DNA of 64,000 nucleotides, from contig VFJS01000042.1 of assembly GCA_009885955.1 (NCBI GenBank), positions 4,623-68,622 of the forward strand, written 5' to 3'. Shown here one piece after another: positions 48,545 to 61,181 of the stretch (the stretch's first letter is position 1; each line of letters begins with the position of its first letter). The notes under the pieces were generated by a model. The model searched no databases. It saw only the letters and a list, made by a program, of their open reading frames with translations, and was not told the DNA's origin. Both the position numbers and the translations under genes were made by a program. The DNA is from Spirochaetia bacterium. Its GTDB lineage: Bacteria > Spirochaetota > UBA4802 > UBA5550.

Positions 48545-49612
48545 ATGAATAGAGTTATTAAAATATTAATCATGTCTGCAGTCATTATTGTTATTCAAAC
48601 AGCAATAATTTACGGGAAAACTACAATTAATCAGGCAGGGGTAGTTGATGTTACAAATTCCGGATTTTCTGATATGGAGAAGCTGATACAGAATACCTCA
48701 GATTTCCTGGGGCCCGGTATTTCCAATGCCTTTGCCATGGCAAATATCGGCGGTTATCCTGTCGGCTCAGCATACCTGGGCTCCTTCCCCAGTCTTTTTG
48801 TAGGTGTATATGCGAGCGCAGGATTGACCAACATGGAATATTTTGATAAAACGAAAGATCTCCCTGACGGAAGATACCCCGGGGCCGGGATTAATACAGG
48901 CGCCTATTTCGGTCTTGGCATGGGAAAGGGGATAGATATCATGGGCAGACTCATGACATATAGCACCGGCATGTATAACCCGCCGTATAATAATAAAATG
49001 GTGAGCCTTGAAAAAATGAACCTCTACGCAGCCGGCGGGAAAATCAGGTATAACATGGTCGGGAAAAAAACCATTCTTCCGGGACTCTTCGATTTTGGAG
49101 GTGTTACGGTGGGGCTTGGCGGTGATTTTCTTAAGGGTTATATAAAAGTCGGAGGAGCCATGGAATATCCCATGGATTCCATAGAGGCAAATATCGGCGG
49201 CATACCAACGAGCATAAAATTAAATTTTAAATCCGAATATTCCGCTGAGGTTTCCTGGTACGTGATATCGGGAAATTCACAGATAACGGCTTATTTCGAT
49301 TTCCTCTGGCTTTTCGATTTTTATACGGGATTGGGCCTGACAATGAATTACGGCAAGTTCAACCTGAAGCTGAAGGGCAATGGGACGCTCTCAACAACAG
49401 ACAGTAACTACCTTCTTTTTAATCCCACAGGTGATCTCGGCACACTTACATTGACATCTTCAAATGGATATAGATCGGATATATATATCCCGGTTTACAT
49501 TGTGGGGTTTGATATAAGGCTGATTGTCATCTGCATTACCTTTGAATCAATGGTCAACCTGAGAAATAAAAAAGATATAAACCTTCAGTTCGGGGCAAGG
49601 CTGCAATTCTGA
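48545..49612 (+). CDS. hypothetical outer-membrane beta-barrel protein
   Basis: Signal peptide. Gly/Tyr-rich strands. C-terminal ...RLQF. Confidence 0.4.
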   Translation: MNRVIKILIMSAVIIVIQTAIIYGKTTINQAGVVDVTNSGFSDMEKLIQNTSDFLGPGISNAFAMANIGGYPVGSAYLGSFPSLFVGVYASAGLTNMEYFDKTKDLPDGRYPGAGINTGAYFGLGMGKGIDIMGRLMTYSTGMYNPPYNNKMVSLEKMNLYAAGGKIRYNMVGKKTILPGLFDFGGVTVGLGGDFLKGYIKVGGAMEYPMDSIEANIGGIPTSIKLNFKSEYSAEVSWYVISGNSQITAYFDFLWLFDFYTGLGLTMNYGKFNLKLKGNGTLSTTDSNYLLFNPTGDLGTLTLTSSNGYRSDIYIPVYIVGFDIRLIVICITFESMVNLRNKKDINLQFGARLQF

Positions 49613-49703
49613 TAATCTTCCAGTTCCCATTATTCTATTTAACTCCATTAAAAAAAATTTGACATATTTAATAATTTAAACAACAGATGATTTTTATAAT
49701 ATA

Positions 49704-51107
49704 ATGGAGTGTATTTTTATGAGGCTGTTTTTCCTTTTGGTTTCAATTGTTTCTATTCTCATTTTTTCAGGCTGCAAAAGCGATGGCGATATCTTCGCCG
49801 TATATAATGAAGGGAATATTTCCCGCGGAGAATTTTATAAGTGGCTTGAATCAAGACGATATACAAAGGCGACGGTTTTACAGCAAAAAGTTGATCAGAA
49901 AATAAAGTTGAGGCAGCTCGCAATTGACAAGCTTTCTTATAATGAGGCGCTAAAGGCAGGGTTTGATAAAAATATGGACTTAGCTGAAATACTTGAATTG
50001 TCCAGGGAGAATTTCATGTCGGGATTTTTCATTCGTAAGCAGAAAAACAACCTGGAGTTTAATGAAAAAGGAGTCAGGGTAAAAATAATTAAATTGACGA
50101 TAAAAAATTTTAAAATGGAAAATAATAAAAGAGTCAATTTTTCAAAATCCGAACAGGAGGCCGAAATAAAAAATCAGGAAGGGAGGGTAAGTGAAATAAT
50201 TGAAAAACTGGGCACGAATGAAAGCTTTGAAAAACTTGCGTTAGAATATTCTGATGATCCTTCAAAGATGAAAGGGGGCGATCTGGGTTATATTATGGCA
50301 GGAATGAGGGAGCCCCAGGTGGTAAATGCTGCTTTTGTGCTGAAACCAGGTGAATTTACCAGGGCGCCTGTCAGGGTAAATGATTCCATATACTTTATTA
50401 AAGCAGAAGACAGGAAGGAAATATCTGATAAAAATATTGAATCAATTATCGGTGATAAATCTAAAGCCGATGCAATAAAAAAAAGGTTCCAGTTTAACAG
50501 GGGCAGAATGATTGAGAATGATCTTGTGAATGCTTCGGATGTTAAAAATAATATTGAAAATGCTAAATTCAGGGATGAAAACGAGGTTTTGTTTCAAATC
50601 GGGGGCCAGGATTTTAAATACTCTCATTTCATCAAAATATTTGAATTTAACAATAAGAAGAGGAAAGATTCAAGTTCATCCCCTGGTTCCATGGCGATTG
50701 AGAAAAAGAAGCAGTTTTCAAAGAGGATTCTGAGTCAAAAACTCATAATGAGGGAGGCTCTCAAGCAGGGCATGGACAGGGATATTGATTTCCTGGCAGA
50801 ATGGAACAATATCAGGATCTTTACAATCGGCAACGAATATTTAAACTCTATTCTGTATAATGACTTAAAAGTTACAGAGCCCGAGATCAAAGAAGAGTAT
50901 GAGAGAAACAAGGACCGCGCATACAGGAAGAAGATTGCAAGGGGGACTGCTTCAGTGGATGAAGTTCAGCCTTTAGGCGAGGTACGGGAAAGAATTTTAT
51001 CTATGCTTACAGACAGGAAAAAGTCACAGGCCAGGAAGAACTGGGAAGAGGAGATACTTAAAAAGAGCGGATTTAAGATACATGATGACAGGCTTGAAGG
51101 GAAATAG
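49704..51107 (+). CDS. PpiC-type peptidyl-prolyl isomerase lipoprotein (SurA/PrsA-like)
   Basis: Lipobox LIFSGC. Parvulin domain (GGDLGYIMAGMREPQVVNAAFVLKPGEFTRAPVRVNDSIYFIK). Confidence 0.7.
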   Translation: MECIFMRLFFLLVSIVSILIFSGCKSDGDIFAVYNEGNISRGEFYKWLESRRYTKATVLQQKVDQKIKLRQLAIDKLSYNEALKAGFDKNMDLAEILELSRENFMSGFFIRKQKNNLEFNEKGVRVKIIKLTIKNFKMENNKRVNFSKSEQEAEIKNQEGRVSEIIEKLGTNESFEKLALEYSDDPSKMKGGDLGYIMAGMREPQVVNAAFVLKPGEFTRAPVRVNDSIYFIKAEDRKEISDKNIESIIGDKSKADAIKKRFQFNRGRMIENDLVNASDVKNNIENAKFRDENEVLFQIGGQDFKYSHFIKIFEFNNKKRKDSSSSPGSMAIEKKKQFSKRILSQKLIMREALKQGMDRDIDFLAEWNNIRIFTIGNEYLNSILYNDLKVTEPEIKEEYERNKDRAYRKKIARGTASVDEVQPLGEVRERILSMLTDRKKSQARKNWEEEILKKSGFKIHDDRLEGK

Positions 51108-51158
51108 AATTTAACCGGGCCTGAGGCTAGGCCCAGGAGTAAGGTCCGATCAAAACAT

Positions 51159-51413
51159 TCAGTTTATTGTCTCATTTATATCATGGAACATTTTGGATAT
51201 TTCAGGTTTTTTAGACTCGCCGTCCACCATGATTTCGTGAAGGTTTTCCACGTCGAGCCCCAGTTCTTTTGCCGAATCAATGTAAAAATAGATAACGCTT
51301 TGAATTCTTTTCAGCGCTTCATTTTTGTTTGAACCGTAACAGTTTATATCAAGCTCAGGGCAGTTTGCAATATATTCATTATCCATTTTAATAAGATTTA
51401 CAGTAATTTTCAT
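51159..51413 (-). CDS. HicB-like (UPF0150) antitoxin-fold protein, apparently orphan
   Basis: YIANCPELDINCYGSNKNEALKRIQSVIYFYI matches the HicB N-terminal domain pattern. No adjacent HicA-like ORF seen. Confidence 0.5.
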   Translation of the reverse strand: MKITVNLIKMDNEYIANCPELDINCYGSNKNEALKRIQSVIYFYIDSAKELGLDVENLHEIMVDGESKKPEISKMFHDINETIN

Positions 51414-51723
51414 GTATGATTCCTCTGGTGAAATTTTTTATATGATGGCTCAATTATCGTCAAAATTTTAAAAGGCCATAAAATAATATTGCCCCCCATA
51501 TCTATTTTTTGGCAACCGCACTGAACAGTATGCCTTTCGAAGCCCATTTTATTACATTTTAATCATATAATGAGACGTAATGCGGGAATATGTAGAATTC
51601 CATCAGCCCGATTTTCATTCTCATTCAAGTGATAAAAACAATTGACAGTTCCCATCCTGAGTTTTGGAATTAACCGAAGTTGCCTGATATATTCATCCTC
51701 TGTCTTCGGGCGCGAATGATTGA

Positions 51724-51975
51724 TTGAAAAAGGTTCCATTGAATAAAACAGTTTTCTCACAGATCTCCATCGGGCTACAGCTGGCGCTGACTGTAATTGT
51801 ATTTATTTTTGCCGGGAAATGGCTTGATGATTATTTTGATAAATCGCCGTTGTTTCTTATAACAGGCATGTTTATCGGCATGGGAATTGGCTTCTACTTT
51901 CTTATGAAGGAACTTTTTAATCATCATAGGGATGATGACAAGGTCAGGGATGATAAAACCGGAAAATGGATGTAA
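51724..51975 (+). CDS. atpZ: AtpZ/AtpI-like small membrane protein preceding the atp operon
   Basis: Two TM helices and a GLQLALTVIVFIFAGKWLDDYF motif. Located upstream of atpB. Confidence 0.55.
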   Translation: MKKVPLNKTVFSQISIGLQLALTVIVFIFAGKWLDDYFDKSPLFLITGMFIGMGIGFYFLMKELFNHHRDDDKVRDDKTGKWM

Positions 51976-52335
51976 AGGAACAAAAAAAAATTTTATCGAG
52001 AGATTTTTTTATTAGTATAAATCTTGGGATATTCCGGAATTTCTAATTTTTTATTTGATAAAATTTCTGATTATTTTAATGGCAGCTATAAATTAAAAAA
52101 AAGCTTGACAGGGATTTTAATAATTGGAATCCACTATTAGTAATATGAAACAGGTTCAGATTTATTGAAAAAAATTGAATCCTGATATTTAAACATCTTT
52201 TTTCAAATAGTAATTGATTTCATAGAGCAATATTTTACTGTGGTTTTAATTTAATAGTACCGGGCGTTTACTGAATATCAGAATTTTTGCTGCAAGCTGA
52301 TATTTATCAATAAATTTTCCGAGGTTTTATTTTCA

Positions 52336-53190
52336 ATGCTTCGATTTTTGCAATTCATTAACGGCTCCATAACATCCGGCGGCGGCGGCGAAGAGTCGCT
52401 TTATGATATTGTTCTGCACCATATCACTGACCATCCCATAGAACATGGATTTATCGGCGAAATAAATAAGCTTTTTTTTGATGAGAAGATTTTCGGGATC
52501 TTTGATATGAGGATAACCAAGTGGGTTCTCATGCTCTGGCTTACCATGGCGCTTTCACTTCTGGTTTTTATCCCGCTCGCAATGAAAATTAAAAAATCTT
52601 CCATGGGATCAAAGTCAAGATGGGTAAATTTCTGGGAGGCCCTCATCGGATTTATCCATGATGAAATAGTTCAGCCTAATTTTGACCATCATTATATAAA
52701 AACTGCCATGCCTTATTTTTGCGGCCTTTTTTTCTTTATTCTTTTTGCCAACTTTATCGGGCTTGTACCGGGTCTTGCCACTGCAACCGGAAACCTGGCA
52801 GTAACCGGAGGCCTTGCGATTCTCACATTCCTGGGAATGGTTTTAATCGGCACCATAAAACAGGGGCCCCTGTGGATAATAAAAGGAATAGTTCCTCATG
52901 GAATTCCGGTATTTCTTTTTCCACTGCTCTGGGTGATAGAGCTTATTGGCCTATTGATAAAACCCGTAGTACTCACTGTCCGACTCTTTGCGAACATGAC
53001 AGCCGGTCATATTGTTATAATAATATTTCTATATCTATCCATCATGTTTCATAACTACTTTGTCGGCATTGGTTCGGTTACGGGGTCGCTGATGATTTAT
53101 ATGCTGGAACTTCTTGTTTCATTTATACAGGCATACATATTCGCCTCTCTGTCGGCAATGTACATTGGCGCTTCAATGCATGCGCATTAG
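52336..53190 (+). CDS. atpB: F0F1 ATP synthase subunit a
   Basis: RLFANMTAGH motif. Multi-pass membrane protein. Confidence 0.9.
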   Translation: MLRFLQFINGSITSGGGGEESLYDIVLHHITDHPIEHGFIGEINKLFFDEKIFGIFDMRITKWVLMLWLTMALSLLVFIPLAMKIKKSSMGSKSRWVNFWEALIGFIHDEIVQPNFDHHYIKTAMPYFCGLFFFILFANFIGLVPGLATATGNLAVTGGLAILTFLGMVLIGTIKQGPLWIIKGIVPHGIPVFLFPLLWVIELIGLLIKPVVLTVRLFANMTAGHIVIIIFLYLSIMFHNYFVGIGSVTGSLMIYMLELLVSFIQAYIFASLSAMYIGASMHAH

Positions 53191-53315
53191 ATTTTAATGA
53201 TTCATGACTGAATCATTATTGAGTTGCTTAAAATGTTCTTTTTATATCATGAATATATAAAGAACAATAAGATTATATAGCTAATTTATTACTATAAGTC
53301 ATTTAGGAGGATTAA

Positions 53316-53543
53316 ATGGAAAAAGCATTGGCATACTTGGCATCTGGATTAGGGGCTGGGATAATTGTTATGGGAGCTGCAATGGGTATCGGCAAGCTCG
53401 CTTCAGCAGCAATGGAAGGAATGGCCCGTCAGCCGGAAGTCAGCGGAGATCTGAGAACAGCTATGATCATTGCTGCGGCTCTTATCGAAGGTTTTACATT
53501 TTTCGCCCTTGTTGTAACCTTTATGCTGGCAACACTTAAATAG
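53316..53543 (+). CDS. atpE: F0F1 ATP synthase subunit c
   Basis: Hairpin proteolipid with conserved Glu (ALIEGFTFFALV). GGAGG SD. Confidence 0.9.
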   Translation: MEKALAYLASGLGAGIIVMGAAMGIGKLASAAMEGMARQPEVSGDLRTAMIIAAALIEGFTFFALVVTFMLATLK

Positions 53544-53582
53544 CCAGGGAAAATTAAATAGTCAGATAAAATGGTAAGATAA

Positions 53583-54092
53583 ATGGATTTTCTTAAGGAA
53601 GGATTATTAAAAACTGATCCGGGATTGTTCTTATGGACAATAATTACATTCCTGGTACTCCTTTTAATTCTATGGAAGGCTGCCTGGAAGCCGATTGTTG
53701 AGGCCCTGGATTCAAGGGCTGAAAGAATCAGAGGCGATCTGTCCAATGCTGACAAATCGCGCCAGGAAGCTGAACAACTCCTTGTCAAACACAAGGAGTT
53801 AATGGACAGGGCAAAAGCCGAGGCCTTAGAAGTCATAGAAAAAGGAAGGCAGGAGGCTGACAAGGTCAGGAATGAAATAATTGAAAAGGCGAACAGGGAT
53901 TCAAGAGAGATTGTTGACAAGGCAAAGAATGAGATCATGAGAGCAAAGGAAAACGCTCTTGCGGAAATAAAATCGGAAATCGTTGTTATTTCCACAGAAA
54001 TTGCTTCCAGGCTAATCAACAAGCATCTGAATCCTGATGATCAGAAGGCTTTCATCGAAGAAACAATGAATAAAATAAAGACAGTTCAGTAG
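53583..54092 (+). CDS. atpF: F0F1 ATP synthase subunit b
   Basis: N-terminal TM helix followed by a long charged coiled coil. Confidence 0.8.
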   Translation: MDFLKEGLLKTDPGLFLWTIITFLVLLLILWKAAWKPIVEALDSRAERIRGDLSNADKSRQEAEQLLVKHKELMDRAKAEALEVIEKGRQEADKVRNEIIEKANRDSREIVDKAKNEIMRAKENALAEIKSEIVVISTEIASRLINKHLNPDDQKAFIEETMNKIKTVQ

Positions 54093-54142
54093 TATCGAAC
54101 TGTCTCATTTCATTATAAATTTCATAATTGTAAGGTTTTACC

Positions 54143-54712
54143 GTGGCCGGGAAAAATATAGCAAAATTATATGCTTCGTCACTCGTTGAAATTTCTCACA
54201 AAGGCAACATACTTGCCCAGGTGGAAGAAGAAATTCAGTATATACATGAATTATTCAGTGAAAATGCTGAATTATTCGGATTTTTCACAGCCAGGGGAAT
54301 CTCAAAGGTCAGGAAAAGAAATATTGTAAAAAATGTTTTCGGTGATAACCTGGGGAAATTTACGGTTAACCTATTAAATATAATGATAGATAATGACCGT
54401 GAATCAGAAATATTGAAACTGAGGGATGAGTTTAAGGAAGAGATCGATAGAATAAAGAACATCCAGAAAGTGACCATTGTATCAAGCACGGAACTCTCTT
54501 CCCAGATAAAGGACAAAGTAATTAATATTTTCAAGGAAAAACTTAAAAAGGATATTTCGCTGCAGGAGAATACCGATAGTGCAATTCTCGGCGGCATAAT
54601 TATAAAGTACGATGACCTTGTAATAGACGGGTCTCTGGCCAAGGATTTAAAAAAGCTAAAAAATAATCTGCTAAACAGCAAAATTGGGAGTGAAGTGGCA
54701 TATGAAGATTAA
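54143..54712 (+). CDS. atpH: F0F1 ATP synthase subunit delta (OSCP)
   Basis: Sits between atpF and atpA; OSCP-like length and composition. GTG start. Confidence 0.75.
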   Translation: MAGKNIAKLYASSLVEISHKGNILAQVEEEIQYIHELFSENAELFGFFTARGISKVRKRNIVKNVFGDNLGKFTVNLLNIMIDNDRESEILKLRDEFKEEIDRIKNIQKVTIVSSTELSSQIKDKVINIFKEKLKKDISLQENTDSAILGGIIIKYDDLVIDGSLAKDLKKLKNNLLNSKIGSEVAYED

Positions 54713-56213
54713 AACCAGTGAAATTAAATCTTTATTAAAAAAAGAGATAGAAGGATATATATCTGAGCTGGATATAAATGAGGTTGGTACCGTTTTTCAG
54801 GTTGGTGACGGTATTGCCAAGGTATTCGGCCTCAGGAATGCCATGTCAGCAGAAATGGTTGAGTTCCAGAACGGGGTTCAGGGTATGATTCTAAACCTTG
54901 AGGAGGATTCTATCGGAGTCGCCATTCTCGGGGATTACCTGAAAATAGAAGAGGGACATTCTGTTAAGCGGTTAAATAAAATTCTTGCTGTTCCTGTAGG
55001 GGAAGAGATGCTGGGCAGGGTTGTTGATCCCCTGGGAGTTCCAATTGACGGGAAGGGCCCTATCAATACAACAAAATTGAGACCGGTGGAATATCTTGCC
55101 CCCGGGATAGCCGACAGGCAACCTGTTAAGGAGTCCCTGCAGACCGGAATCAAGGCTGTTGACTCCATGATACCCATAGGGCGGGGCCAGCGTGAGCTGA
55201 TCATCGGTGACAGGAAGACCGGAAAAACTGCAATTGCTATTGATACCATCATCAACCAGAAAGGAAAAAATGTTACCTGTGTATATGTTGCCATAGGCCA
55301 GAAAGCCTCGACTGTGGCTGCTGTCGTTCAGAAACTAAAGGACACCGGGGCCATGGATTACACTATTGTCGTTGTAGCAACAGCATCGGATCCTGCGCCA
55401 CTTCAGTACATCGCACCTTATGCCGGCGCTGCGATGGCTGAGTATTTCATGTACGAAAAAAAGGGGCATACCCTTTGCATATATGATGACCTTTCAAAAC
55501 AGGCCAATGCATACAGGGAGCTGTCGCTTCTCCTCAGAAGGCCTCCGGGACGGGAAGCATACCCCGGTGACATTTTTTACTGCCACTCCAGGCTGCTGGA
55601 GAGGTCATGCAAGCTTTCCGATGCTAACGGGGGCGGTTCGCTTACAGCCCTGCCGATTATTGAGACACAGGAAGGAGAGGTTTCGGCATATATTCCGACG
55701 AATGTTATTTCAATTACAGACGGTCAGATTTATCTTCTCCCGAACCTTTTTGCTTCAGGTATACGGCCTGCTGTAGATGTAGGCATATCGGTATCGAGGG
55801 TAGGGGGAAATGCTCAGATTAAAGCAATGAAAAAATATGCAGGTTCACTCAGGCTCGACCTGGCACAGTTCAGGGAACTTGAGGCATTTTCACAAATGGG
55901 GACAGAGCTCGATCCGGCAACACAGCGTCAGCTCGACAGGGGAATCAGGCTTGTGGAAATTCTCAAGCAGGGTCAGTATGTTCCTATGAACGTGGAGGAG
56001 CAGGTTGCCATTATTTTTGCAGGTACACAGGGTCTTCTTGACAAGATTCCAGTTGATAAGATTAAGGATTTTGAAAGTAAATTTCTTAAATTCATGAAGG
56101 AATCCAATTCCGAGCTGCTGAAAGGGATAGTTACAACAGGCGAATTGAAGGAGCCTGATAAATTGACTCAGATAATAACCCAGTTCGTCGAAAAATATCT
56201 AACTGGAAATTAA
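54702..56213 (+). CDS. atpA: F0F1 ATP synthase subunit alpha
   Basis: Walker A GDRKTGKT. Start at ATG 54702 ([10 protein letters not shown]) rather than the track's 54684. Confidence 0.95.
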   Translation: MKIKTSEIKSLLKKEIEGYISELDINEVGTVFQVGDGIAKVFGLRNAMSAEMVEFQNGVQGMILNLEEDSIGVAILGDYLKIEEGHSVKRLNKILAVPVGEEMLGRVVDPLGVPIDGKGPINTTKLRPVEYLAPGIADRQPVKESLQTGIKAVDSMIPIGRGQRELIIGDRKTGKTAIAIDTIINQKGKNVTCVYVAIGQKASTVAAVVQKLKDTGAMDYTIVVVATASDPAPLQYIAPYAGAAMAEYFMYEKKGHTLCIYDDLSKQANAYRELSLLLRRPPGREAYPGDIFYCHSRLLERSCKLSDANGGGSLTALPIIETQEGEVSAYIPTNVISITDGQIYLLPNLFASGIRPAVDVGISVSRVGGNAQIKAMKKYAGSLRLDLAQFRELEAFSQMGTELDPATQRQLDRGIRLVEILKQGQYVPMNVEEQVAIIFAGTQGLLDKIPVDKIKDFESKFLKFMKESNSELLKGIVTTGELKEPDKLTQIITQFVEKYLTGN

Positions 56214-56255
56214 TACAGAAAGGAATGAAGACAAACTAAACCAGAGGAATTCCAA

Positions 56256-57134
56256 GTGGCCAATCAGAGAAATATAAAAAACAGAATCAAATCCATTAAA
56301 AATACCAAAAAGATCACAAGTACAATGGAAATGGTTGCCAGTGCCAAGATGAAGAAGGTTCAGCACAGGCTTGAAATGTCAAATCAGTATGAACTTAAGA
56401 TAAATGACATAATGAAAAATATCCTCCGTTACAATACCGGGGATATCCGTGATCCACTACTGGCCGAGTATGCAGAACCGAAAAAAATTCTGATTGTACA
56501 GATTGTCGGGAACAGGGGGCTCTGCGGCAGTTTTAACACGAACGTCATCCATAACTCCATGACATTCGCGGAAAAGATGGCTGCCCAGAAAAAAGAGATT
56601 GTTAATTATGTCATTGGAAAGAAAGGGATTAACTATTACAGATTTATAAATGAGCCTGTATTCAGGACTAAAATGAATCCCGAGGACAAGGTATCCCTAG
56701 AGTATGCTACGGATTTCTGCAATGAACTGAGGGAGCTCTTTATCAACGGCGAGGTGCATGAGGTCTACATCTCCTATACAAAAGTTTTTTCAAGGTCATC
56801 GCAAAAACCGCATATATTCAAACTCCTGCCTATTTCAGCTGAAATTGAGGATGAGGCAAACAGCAGCACAGCGGGATCGAGTTATGTGTATGACCCTGAT
56901 CCTGTTAAGATCCTTACCTATCTTCTACCCCTTTACCTGAACGTAAAGGTTTTTAACAGCTTCCTTGAGTCATCCTACTCGGAACAGTTTGCCAGAAGGG
57001 TGGCAATGAAGAATGCAACGGATGCATCGGTTGATATAATAAAGGATCTCACAATTACATACAACAGGGCAAGGCAGGCTAAGATTACAAATGAAATTGC
57101 TGAAATAGTCGGCGGAGCAGCTGCGCTTGAGTAA
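56256..57134 (+). CDS. atpG: F0F1 ATP synthase subunit gamma
   Basis: N- and C-terminal conserved helices (ITSTMEMVASAKM ... ITNEIAEIVGGAAAL). Confidence 0.9.
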   Translation: MANQRNIKNRIKSIKNTKKITSTMEMVASAKMKKVQHRLEMSNQYELKINDIMKNILRYNTGDIRDPLLAEYAEPKKILIVQIVGNRGLCGSFNTNVIHNSMTFAEKMAAQKKEIVNYVIGKKGINYYRFINEPVFRTKMNPEDKVSLEYATDFCNELRELFINGEVHEVYISYTKVFSRSSQKPHIFKLLPISAEIEDEANSSTAGSSYVYDPDPVKILTYLLPLYLNVKVFNSFLESSYSEQFARRVAMKNATDASVDIIKDLTITYNRARQAKITNEIAEIVGGAAALE

Positions 57135-57157
57135 AAATAAATTTGAATAATGAGTGA

Positions 57158-58591
<1,434 letters not shown>

Positions 58592-58593
58592 GT

Positions 58594-58998
58594 ATGGCAA
58601 AGAAGATTATTTGCAGCATCAAGACCCCTGAAAAAAATGTGTATGATGGTGAAGCGGATCATACGGTAATTGAAGCCCATGACGGAAAAAGAGGTTTTTT
58701 AATTAACCATACGCCATTTATTACAACTCTGGGGAACGGAGAGGTGCGAATTCATAATGATGATAACGTCCGTTCCTTTTATGTTGAAGGGGGTATTGTT
58801 GAAATGCTGGATAACCGTCTTTCGGTTCTTGCTGAGAATTCATATTCAAAGGAACAGCTGAACAGGGATGAGATTAATGGAAAATTAATCAGTCTTGTGG
58901 AGACCAGCAAAGGCAAGGATCCTCTCTCTGATGAAGGGAATAGAGTTCAGAGTGAATTAGCACGATTAAAGGCTAGAAAGATGTTTATATCAAAATAA
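58594..58998 (+). CDS. atpC: F0F1 ATP synthase subunit epsilon
   Basis: Epsilon N-terminal beta-sandwich pattern. Sits after atpD. Confidence 0.85.
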   Translation: MAKKIICSIKTPEKNVYDGEADHTVIEAHDGKRGFLINHTPFITTLGNGEVRIHNDDNVRSFYVEGGIVEMLDNRLSVLAENSYSKEQLNRDEINGKLISLVETSKGKDPLSDEGNRVQSELARLKARKMFISK

Positions 58999-59027
58999 AA
59001 ATAGAATAAAATTAAAAAATATATATA

Positions 59028-59057
59028 AAAGATGCTCTTTCGGGCATCTTTTTTTTT
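59028..59057 (+). terminator. rho-independent terminator of the atp operon (AAAGATGC / GCATCTTT plus T9)
   Basis: 8-bp stem, 8-nt loop, nine T residues; about 30 nt after the atpC stop. Confidence 0.65.
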
Positions 59058-59391
59058 ATTCTACAACTAAAATTTTTCCGATAATATATTGAAATAATAT
59101 AAAGGAATCCTGAAGGTTAATGTTAAGGTGTTCTATTATAGAAATCAATATTAGGAAAAGTCAGCAATTTATAATATTTTATTAATATTAAAATCGGGTT
59201 TTTGAGTTGTCTATAATATCATATGGGTTGTATTAAATTATTTGTATTAAAGAATGAATATTTTTATAGGTGATTAGGGGCACTGGAATTTTATCATATC
59301 TGGAATATAAACAGGGATAAAATAGTTGATGAATAGCTGACAACTTATGAAAAATGGACATAAAGGCTAAGGGAAAAATATCAGGTAAAAC

Positions 59392-61179
59392 ATGAAAAGC
59401 AGTCTACCGGAAAATTTTAACATAAACGATATCGGCAGAATAAATTTAAAGGAAGCCGAGGAAGTTGCGAATGAAAATATTCTGTTTCTTACAGAAGATG
59501 ATCTTATTGAAGGTTTGGAAGACTTTGACCTGATTCCGCTGAAAGATGAGGCTGGTGAAGATGGTAAGTTTCAAAAAATTCATGATGATTATCTTGATAA
59601 ATCCTTCCATGAAACCCGCCGAATGGGCGATAAAAAAGCTGATAGCATAAAGGCAAAGGATGAAACTGTCCTGGATGATGGCAAAGGCATCAAGGAAAAC
59701 ACTGTAACTGATGAACATCCGGACAGTATTGAGGACTTTCATTCAATTGTGAATAATATTTTGTCCGAAATAATTCCAGAGGGAATTGGAACAACAGTCA
59801 CAGGGACAGTAACAGATTCCATTGGGCCAGGAGAAGAATCAATTGCCCATGAAGGGGATGAAATAAAAGGAACAGGAACTATTCCTTCTGCTTCAGACGA
59901 TGATAAAAAGACATATGAAAGAAAGGGGCCCTCGGAACCATTTATATTGAGTGATTCCCGCGTTTCAGATCATAAAGTTGATATCGGGACTGTGTCGATC
60001 CCGGACGCTTTGATGAATCTGGAAAAGAAAAGGGGAAATACTCTTTTCATTGATGACATCTCAGATGAATCACAAACACTGACAAAGAAAATCTTTGAAG
60101 AAAACGTCCTGGAAAAATCTGCAACTGATATCATTGAGATTTCAAGTAAAAATGTTAAGCTCCTTACTGAAGCAGGAATGGACATGGCCATTGTAGGGTA
60201 CCGTTTTTTATCAATGGTAAAGGAAACAACCCAGGAACAGCACGATTTTATGCTGGATTTCATAGATGCCGATTACAAGTACAGGGACACTGAGCTTGAC
60301 TTTGTTGATGACTCCATATTTGATGAGGACTATTCAAGGTTCATCCGTGAGATCGATGAATTCTATGATGATGACAAGGGGAAGATTGTTTCATCGGCCG
60401 TTGAAATTTTTGGAATCGATAATGAAGAGGGTTTTATAATTTCAGACAGGCTGTTCTCAGATGAGTATAAACATATTGACCTGGACAAGGAGATTGACCT
60501 TTTTAAATCTGATCAGGGAATTATAGATTTTGCCCTCACCAAAGAGAGATATTTTAATTATCTTGTAACAAAAGATGAGAGCCTGAGCGAATATGAAAGG
60601 CTCTCTATTGAAGAGGACATATCCTCAAAGGGAGCCGTTATTTTTGAAGAGGATATTGAAGATATAAAGAAGCTCTACGGCAAGGATATATCGCGTTCAA
60701 CGAAGGACAAAAAAGTTATTATCGAGCAGATCACATCTGACAAGGTTTTCGAAGATGAATTCGGTATAGCAATTGATATACATGAAGAGGATGAAATACG
60801 TGAGATAGATGAGATAGGGTCCAGAGTGTATGACGAGGTTCCTGATGGAGAGGGACTAATCTCAGCCGGTGTTGCCGTTGAAGATATGCCGGGAAATATG
60901 GATGATAAAGACCGGTACATGAGAGATGGTGTTGAGGCAATAGAGGATACTACAGAGGCAATCCTTAACATAACTGATAAAATTGTGATACTTGAAGACG
61001 AACTCGATATTGACAGGTTCATAAAAGAGTTCCCTGAAAAGAAAGGTACCGATTTGAAAGGACTTCTTAAATATCTTGACGGGCTTTTTGAAAAATTGCC
61101 TGAGAGTACAATAAGGAGTTTTGCAAACTCAGAATATTTCGATCTTTATGTTAAAATACTTAAAGATCTCGGTATTTAA
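59392..61179 (+). CDS. hypothetical highly acidic (Asp/Glu-rich) protein
   Basis: 595 aa of low-complexity acidic sequence. No recognisable domain. Confidence 0.4.
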   Translation: MKSSLPENFNINDIGRINLKEAEEVANENILFLTEDDLIEGLEDFDLIPLKDEAGEDGKFQKIHDDYLDKSFHETRRMGDKKADSIKAKDETVLDDGKGIKENTVTDEHPDSIEDFHSIVNNILSEIIPEGIGTTVTGTVTDSIGPGEESIAHEGDEIKGTGTIPSASDDDKKTYERKGPSEPFILSDSRVSDHKVDIGTVSIPDALMNLEKKRGNTLFIDDISDESQTLTKKIFEENVLEKSATDIIEISSKNVKLLTEAGMDMAIVGYRFLSMVKETTQEQHDFMLDFIDADYKYRDTELDFVDDSIFDEDYSRFIREIDEFYDDDKGKIVSSAVEIFGIDNEEGFIISDRLFSDEYKHIDLDKEIDLFKSDQGIIDFALTKERYFNYLVTKDESLSEYERLSIEEDISSKGAVIFEEDIEDIKKLYGKDISRSTKDKKVIIEQITSDKVFEDEFGIAIDIHEEDEIREIDEIGSRVYDEVPDGEGLISAGVAVEDMPGNMDDKDRYMRDGVEAIEDTTEAILNITDKIVILEDELDIDRFIKEFPEKKGTDLKGLLKYLDGLFEKLPESTIRSFANSEYFDLYVKILKDLGI

Positions 61180-61181
61180 TC

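Noticed and set aside
53429-54022. 197-aa minus-strand ORF overlapping atpE and atpF
   Set aside because: Antisense to conserved atp genes. Low-complexity Ser/Leu-rich translation of the coiled-coil coding strand's complement.
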